Positions 15,596 to 21,031 of a stretch of 21,031 bases of DNA are shown piece after piece. Within the stretch, counting starts at the first letter, position 1. Each line of letters opens with the position of its first letter. Below the pieces are notes generated by a model. The model saw only the letters and a program-made list of their open reading frames with translations. It searched no databases and was not told the DNA's origin. The translations under genes and the position numbers were made by a program. This DNA comes from Candidatus Eiseniibacteriota bacterium (lineage in GTDB: Bacteria > Eisenbacteria > RBG-16-71-46): NCBI GenBank assembly GCA_031366795.1, contig JANLOX010000202.1, forward strand, positions 1 to 21,031, in the 5' to 3' direction.

Positions 15596-17154
15596 TCGCG
15601 CGGCTGCCGGAGTTCTTTGCCCGGCGTCGCGGGTGGCGCTGCCTCGGAGCGGTCGCCATCGTGGCCGCGCTCGTGCTCGGCGCGGGCGGGTGCTCGGGCG
15701 AGCACGACCTGTGGGAACGCTACCGCGCCGAGCGGCAACTGTGGCGCGCGCGGCGATTCCTCGGGCTCGCCGGTGCGGGCGTGAGTACCACGCCGGCGGC
15801 CGCCGAGCTTCGCGCCGCCGTGGCGCTCGAAAAAGTCGTGAGCGCGTTTCCCCCGGAGCGCTGGGCAACCGCGGAGGCCCTGCGGCGGCCGGGCGCACAG
15901 GATGTGGCGCGGCTTTCGGGCACCGCTGCTCTGTTGCGAGTCGGCATGGACGAGCGCGCCGGGCGCGCCGAAGCGACCGAGCGCGGCTACGCGACGTGCG
16001 CGCGTGCGTTCGCGGGCGTGGACTCCGTGGCGGTGGCGGCGCGGGCGGGACATGCGCGCGCCCTCGAGCGGTTGGGCCGCGACGAGGAGGCCGCGACGAT
16101 CTGGCTCGAGCTCGCTCTGCGCGCGGCGGAACCCGACTCGGCCGGGCTCGCTCCCTGGACGGTGAGGCTCACGGCTCCCGCCGAGGCGGTGCGGCTGCTG
16201 GAACATGCCGGCCGGCGCATGGCGGCCGACTCGGTGCGCGCCCGTTCGGCCGCGCACCTGGAAACCCTTGCGAGGCAGCTCACCGGAACGCGCGTCGCCG
16301 AGGACCTGTGGGATGCGATCGCGGGGATGTGGCGGCAGGGTGGTGATCCGGATCGCGCGCGCGCTGCCGTCCGCGCGGCCCTCGCCGAACCGACCGGCGG
16401 CGACCGGCGGGCGGATCGCGTGCTGCAACTGGCAACCCTGTCGCAGGAAGCGCGCGAGCCGGATTCGGCCCGCGTCTATGCGGCATGGGCGGCGCGGGAA
16501 TTCGCCGGGCCGGTGGCGATGGAAGCCACGTTGACACTGGCGCATGCGTGGGCCGACGCAGGTGTTGCGGATTCAGCTCTGGCGGTGTACAAGCAATTGA
16601 TTGAGGTGCTTCCGCCGATGGGAGATCTGGCAGCGCGGGCGCGGTTGGACCGCGCGGGCCTGCTGGACCGGATACAGCACTGGGAGGCGGCGCGGGCCGA
16701 ACTGCGCGCATTGGCGATGATGCAGCCCACCCATCCCTGTGGCGTGGCCGCGCTGGTTGAGATCGTCCGACACCATGTCCGCGAGGGCGAATCCTTGTTC
16801 GCTACGGTCGAGACAAAGCACGCCCTTGAGACCTTCGATCACCTGCTCGCGACCCAGGGCGACCCGGGCGTGCGGCTCGAGACGATGATGGCGCGCGCCG
16901 ACGTGTTGTCGCTGATGGGGCAGACCGACGCTGCGTTGCGGGAGTACACTGCGGCGTGGCGCGAGCAGCAGCTATTACCCGCGGCTGCCGTGGCGGGCTG
17001 GCGCGCCGCGCGGCTGGCCGATTCGGCGCTCAGCCAACCGGTGGTGGCGCGCGAGCTCTACACCGAACTGGCGCACGGCGCCGCGGATCTCGAAGTGCGT
17101 TGGCGGGCGCGACAGCACCTGGCGAATTCCACCCCGGCGGTGAACGCGCCGTGA
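15592..17154 (+). CDS. TPR-like helical repeat lipoprotein (possible PrsT analogue)
   Basis: GTG 15592 start. Basic N-region, hydrophobic core and lipobox-like AGG-C (LVLGAGGCSG). Repeated TPR-like units: LAHAWADAGVADSALAVYKQLIE, RADVLSLMGQTDAALREY, HARALERLGRDEEAATIW. Confidence 0.8.
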   Translation: MIARLPEFFARRRGWRCLGAVAIVAALVLGAGGCSGEHDLWERYRAERQLWRARRFLGLAGAGVSTTPAAAELRAAVALEKVVSAFPPERWATAEALRRPGAQDVARLSGTAALLRVGMDERAGRAEATERGYATCARAFAGVDSVAVAARAGHARALERLGRDEEAATIWLELALRAAEPDSAGLAPWTVRLTAPAEAVRLLEHAGRRMAADSVRARSAAHLETLARQLTGTRVAEDLWDAIAGMWRQGGDPDRARAAVRAALAEPTGGDRRADRVLQLATLSQEAREPDSARVYAAWAAREFAGPVAMEATLTLAHAWADAGVADSALAVYKQLIEVLPPMGDLAARARLDRAGLLDRIQHWEAARAELRALAMMQPTHPCGVAALVEIVRHHVREGESLFATVETKHALETFDHLLATQGDPGVRLETMMARADVLSLMGQTDAALREYTAAWREQQLLPAAAVAGWRAARLADSALSQPVVARELYTELAHGAADLEVRWRARQHLANSTPAVNAP

Positions 17155-19385
17155 CCCTGGCCTCCATGAACCTCACCTCGCTGCCATTCGAGAACAGTCT
17201 CGTCGTCGCCAGCGCCTTGATGGCCGCGGTCGTCGGTCTCGTGGTGACGCTGCGACGCGGCCATTGGCTGACGACGCTGCTGTTTTCCGCGGCGTTCTTC
17301 GCCGTCGCCGCCTTCCAGGGCGGCACGCTGGGTATCCTCCACGCCCAGACGCCCGAGTCGGCGCGCCAGTGGGCGATCTACCTCGGACGCTCCTCGGCGC
17401 TGGCGTCCTGGCTGTGGCTGACGCTGACGCTGGTGCTGGCGCGGCGCGATCCGTGGGAGCAGGTGCGCAACTCGGCCTCGTTCCTCGTGCTGGCGTTGGT
17501 GGGCAGCCTGGCACTCAGCGCCGCGGCCGGCTCGCCGCATGTCGTGCAACGCGTGGTCGGTGTGGGCAGCCCGGCGTTCATCGAGCTGGGACCGCTGGGC
17601 CGTATCTACCTGATGTACCTGATCATCGCGATGGTGGCGATGCTGATGAACCTCGAGCGCATGCTGCGCAACACCATCGCCACGACACAGAAGCGCCTGC
17701 GGCCGATCTTCCTGGCGCTGTCGTTCGCGATCTTCGCCGAATTGATCATGGTGTCGGGCGGCCTGCTGTACGGCGGCATCAAGGTGTCGTGGCTCGTCGG
17801 CACCGCCTCTCCGCTGTTCGTCTCCGGCGTCGTGATCGCGCTGTCGCTGGCGAAGCGGCGGCTGTCGGATCTCACCATGCCGGCGGCGCGCCCGGTGGTG
17901 TACTTCTCGTCCGTCTCGCTGACGCTGGCCGCGGCGTTCCTGCTGGCGATGGCCGTGCTGTCCAAGGTGATGCCTACCTTAAGCAACCAGGGCCGCTTGC
18001 TGGTGAGCCTCGCGTTCTACTTCCTCGCCGGTGGCGGCGGGCTCGTGCTGGTGTTCAGCCCGCGCGCGAACCGCACGATTCGGCGGTTCATCGACCGCAA
18101 CTTCTACGCGAACCGTTACGACTACCGCCGCGAGTGGGAACGCGTGAGCAATGCCATCACGCCGACCGCGCGGATCGAGGACATCGGCCGCCAGGTCGAG
18201 GGGCTGCTGCGCTCGGTGTTCGAGAGCGAACGCGTCGCCATCTACCTGCGGCGCGAGCCCGACGGAGTGCTGGTCCGCCTGCACGGACTCGAGACCATGC
18301 CGTCCGAGTTCGAGCCCTCGAACCCGCTGGTGCTGCTGCTCGATGAGACGCGCGAGCCGGTGGTGTTCCGTGAAGCAGCACTCGACCTGGAGCAGTTGCC
18401 CGCCGCGGCCGAGAATCGCGATTCAATCGTGGCGCTCGATGCCGCGGTGTGCGCCCCGTTGCTCGTCGGCGACCTGATGGCCGGCGCGCTGTGGGTGTCC
18501 GAGAAGCGGACACGCGAGGTGTACACCAGCGAGGACGTCGCCTTCATCGCCGCGATGGCGCGGCAGATTGCCGCGGCGTTGTGGTTCGCGCGCCAGGCCG
18601 AACAGCTTGCCGAGACGCGCCAGCTCGAGTCGTTGAACCGGCTCTCGACGTTCGTGCTGCACGACATCAAGAACCACATCTCCGGCCTGTCGCTGGTGGT
18701 GGAGAACGCGCGCCGCCATATGGCGAACCCGGAATTCCAGCGCGATGCGATGGCGGTGGTCGAGCGCACGGTGCGTAATCTCAAGGACCTGATGACGCAG
18801 GTGTCAGGCCTCGCGCGCGCTTCCGAAGTGCACCCCGAACCGTGCGATGTGCGCGACCTGCTAGAGGAATCCACGCTCGCTGCGGGGCTGGCGCTGGGTG
18901 AGCGCGACGGCCTGCGCGTTACCCTCGATTGCCCACCGATGCCGCCCATTCTTGCGGACCGCACGTTGCTGCTGCGCTTGCTGGTCAATCTCATCACCAA
19001 CGCGCGCGAGTCGCTGCCGGACGAGGGCGACATCATGTTGTCGGCATCGATCGAACCGCCGCTGGATGACCAGGGCGCCACCTTGTTGATGGAAGTGCGC
19101 GACACCGGCCGCGGTATGACGGATGAATTCTTGAGGCTGCGATTGTTCAAGCCGTTCGTGACCACGAAGATCTCAGGCCTCGGCGTCGGGCTCGCGCAGT
19201 GCCGCAGTATCGTCGAGGCGCATGGCGGCGTCATCTCGGTCGAGAGCACACCGGGTGTGGGAACGGCCTTCCAGGTGCGGTTGCCCGCAGGTGGCCCGCA
19301 TTCGGATGGCCTGCGGCCAGGCAGCGCGTCGCGTGTCGCACCGCGCACCGAACAGCCGGGACTCGGGAGGGAGGTGGCGCCATGA
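17151..19385 (+). CDS. prsK: PEP-CTERM system-type sensor histidine kinase PrsK
   Basis: Multi-TM N-terminus with MNLER and RRFIDRNFYANRYDYRREW (PrsK signature-like), GAF-like domain, H-box STFVLHDIKN, RHMANPEFQRD, N-box NLITNA, DTGRGM, LFKPFVTTK, GLGVGL. Start is GTG 17151 (overlap) or ATG 17167. Confidence 0.9.
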   Translation: MTLASMNLTSLPFENSLVVASALMAAVVGLVVTLRRGHWLTTLLFSAAFFAVAAFQGGTLGILHAQTPESARQWAIYLGRSSALASWLWLTLTLVLARRDPWEQVRNSASFLVLALVGSLALSAAAGSPHVVQRVVGVGSPAFIELGPLGRIYLMYLIIAMVAMLMNLERMLRNTIATTQKRLRPIFLALSFAIFAELIMVSGGLLYGGIKVSWLVGTASPLFVSGVVIALSLAKRRLSDLTMPAARPVVYFSSVSLTLAAAFLLAMAVLSKVMPTLSNQGRLLVSLAFYFLAGGGGLVLVFSPRANRTIRRFIDRNFYANRYDYRREWERVSNAITPTARIEDIGRQVEGLLRSVFESERVAIYLRREPDGVLVRLHGLETMPSEFEPSNPLVLLLDETREPVVFREAALDLEQLPAAAENRDSIVALDAAVCAPLLVGDLMAGALWVSEKRTREVYTSEDVAFIAAMARQIAAALWFARQAEQLAETRQLESLNRLSTFVLHDIKNHISGLSLVVENARRHMANPEFQRDAMAVVERTVRNLKDLMTQVSGLARASEVHPEPCDVRDLLEESTLAAGLALGERDGLRVTLDCPPMPPILADRTLLLRLLVNLITNARESLPDEGDIMLSASIEPPLDDQGATLLMEVRDTGRGMTDEFLRLRLFKPFVTTKISGLGVGLAQCRSIVEAHGGVISVESTPGVGTAFQVRLPAGGPHSDGLRPGSASRVAPRTEQPGLGREVAP

Positions 19386-20866
19386 GCGAAGCGATTGAAC
19401 CGCGCGAGAAGTTGTTGATCGTCGACGACGAGGAATCGATCCGGAACCAGCTACGCTGGGGTCTGGCCGACGAGTTCGAAGTGTCGGTCGCGGGCACCGC
19501 GGACGAAGCGCGGCGCCTGATGCGTTCGGTCAATCCCGGGCTCGTGACACTCGACGTGGCGCTCAAGACTCCGGGCCGCCCCGAGGAGGAGGGCCTCGTG
19601 CTGCTCGATGAGATCGTCGACCAGTATCCTCACACCAAGATCGTCATGGTCACCGGCGACACCAAGGCAGAGAATGCGCTGATGGCGCTGCGTCGTGGTG
19701 CCGTGGATTGGTATGCCAAGCCGATCGCGCTCGAGGAGTTGCTGGTGATCCTGCGGCGCGCCCAGCACATTCGCCGCATCGAGCAGGCGAGGGATCCAGA
19801 TCCGGTGAGCGGCCGCAAGCGCTACCACCGGCTGGTGGGCGAGTCGGATGCCATCCGCCGCGTGTTCGGACTGGTCCAGCGCGTGGCGCCCACCGACGCG
19901 ACGGTCCTGATCGTCGGCGAGAACGGCACGGGTAAGGAACTGATCGCGCACGCTATTCACGAGGCGAGCGGGCGGCGCACCGGGCCGTTCGTGCCCATCA
20001 ACTGTGGCGCGATCCCCGAGATGCTGCTCGAGAGCGAACTGTTTGGGCATGAGCGCGGCGCCTTTACCGACGCCCACCGCACACGCGAGGGCAAGCTCGA
20101 GCTGGCCGGCGGCGGCACGGTGTTCCTCGATGAAATTGGTGACCTGCCGCCGCACCTGCAGGTCAAGCTGTTGCGCTTCCTCCAGGACCATCGCGTCGAA
20201 CGTGTCGGCGGGCGCGATACCAAGCTCGTCGATGTGCGCGTGGTGGCCGCGACGAACCGCGACCTGCAGGTCGCCATGGGGACAGGGCGCTTCCGCGAGG
20301 ACCTGTTCTACCGGTTGAGCGTCGTGACGATCAGCGCTCCGCCACTGCGCGATCGCGGCGACGACTTGCGGCTGCTGGCAGAATATTTCTTCGAGTTCTA
20401 CACGCGCCACTACAAGCGCCGGTTCAAGGGCTTCACCCAGTCGGCCCTGCGCGCCATCCAGTCGCACCCATGGCCTGGCAATGTGCGCGAACTTGAGAAC
20501 CGCGTGCAGCGTGCGGTGATCCTTGGGCAGGACACCTACCTGCGGCCCGAGGACCTCGAGTTGGCCGAGCGCCAGGATCCGCGGCCCCGCTCACTCACCG
20601 AGGCGCGCGAACAGGCAGAGCGGGAACTGATCATCGATGCGCTGACGCGCAACGCCGGCAACATCACGCGCGCGGCACGCGACGTCGACGTCAGCCGCCC
20701 GACATTCCACGACCTGCTGCGCAAACATGCCATCGATGCGGGCAAGTTCCGCCGCCCCGATATGGCAGAGCCGGAGGCCGAAGCGGAAACGGAGGCTGAG
20801 CCCGGGCCGGAAACCGGCGACCCGAACGCTGCGCCCGCGTTGCAGGAGCTGCCGCCGGGTTCGTGA
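19382..20866 (+). CDS. prsR: sigma54-dependent response regulator PrsR (REC-AAA+-Fis HTH)
   Basis: KLLIVDDE...QLRWGL, LVTLD, VTG, YAKP, GENGTGKE, INCGAIPEMLLESELFGHERGAFTDA, VFLDEIG, FREDLFYRL, WPGNVRELEN, HTH NITRAARDVDVSRPTFHDLL. Directly follows prsK with GGAGG RBS and ATGA overlap. Confidence 0.92.
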   Translation: MSEAIEPREKLLIVDDEESIRNQLRWGLADEFEVSVAGTADEARRLMRSVNPGLVTLDVALKTPGRPEEEGLVLLDEIVDQYPHTKIVMVTGDTKAENALMALRRGAVDWYAKPIALEELLVILRRAQHIRRIEQARDPDPVSGRKRYHRLVGESDAIRRVFGLVQRVAPTDATVLIVGENGTGKELIAHAIHEASGRRTGPFVPINCGAIPEMLLESELFGHERGAFTDAHRTREGKLELAGGGTVFLDEIGDLPPHLQVKLLRFLQDHRVERVGGRDTKLVDVRVVAATNRDLQVAMGTGRFREDLFYRLSVVTISAPPLRDRGDDLRLLAEYFFEFYTRHYKRRFKGFTQSALRAIQSHPWPGNVRELENRVQRAVILGQDTYLRPEDLELAERQDPRPRSLTEAREQAERELIIDALTRNAGNITRAARDVDVSRPTFHDLLRKHAIDAGKFRRPDMAEPEAEAETEAEPGPETGDPNAAPALQELPPGS

Positions 20867-20939
20867 ACTCTGCCGCCGGATGTGGTTTATTACGGTCTTT
20901 GATGGTGCGCGACCACTTTGAGCGGCAGGGAGGCGTGAC

Positions 20940-21031
20940 GTGCAGCAGGGATACTTTCTCGCCATCGCAGGCAACATCGGCGTGGGCAAGACCGAGCTCA
21001 CGAACCGGCTCAGCGAAGAGTTGAACTGGGC
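20940..21031 (+). CDS. Deoxynucleoside kinase, 5' part (runs off the window)
   Basis: GGGAGG RBS, then GTG: MQQGYFLAIAGNIGVGKTELTNRLSEELNW. IAGNIGxGKT is the dNK-family P-loop. Not in the ORF track. Confidence 0.85.
   Translation, partial: MQQGYFLAIAGNIGVGKTELTNRLSEELNW

Noticed and set aside
9838..19381. Longer ORF-track starts (9838, 12440, 14591, 15058, 16956, 19199)
   Set aside because: They overlap upstream genes deeply; downstream starts with RBS and/or 4-bp overlaps fit better.
1..21031. CRISPR array, tRNA/rRNA, transposase or integrase
   Set aside because: No regularly spaced repeats, RNA-gene signatures or recombinase motifs seen by eye.

Overview
High-GC bacterial window. It is dominated by one tightly coupled 12-gene + strand operon (about 3081-20866) for Wzy-type exopolysaccharide synthesis and its regulation. 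Gene order: CapD/PglF-type dehydratase fused to a degenerate phosphoglycosyl-transferase (PGT) domain, Wza-like exporter, Wzc tyrosine autokinase, GT2, O-antigen ligase/Wzy-like protein, CE4 deacetylase, GT4, CapM-like priming PGT with an N-terminal GT4-like fragment, an unknown membrane protein, a TPR lipoprotein, and PrsK/PrsR (the two-component pair of PEP-CTERM/exosortase systems). No exosortase, PEP-CTERM protein, flippase or 4-keto-sugar reductase is visible in the window. Upstream are the 3' end of a PP2C phosphatase, a chimeric decayed VOC/secreted-protein remnant, a divergent SurA/PpiC-like foldase and a structured ~630 bp intergenic region with candidate sigma54 and sigma70 promoters. 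The window ends in the start of a deoxynucleoside kinase. The most unusual feature is two PGT domains in one operon, one apparently catalytically dead and fused to the dehydratase, the other intact and fused to half a GT4. All calls come from motif recognition by eye; no searches were run.
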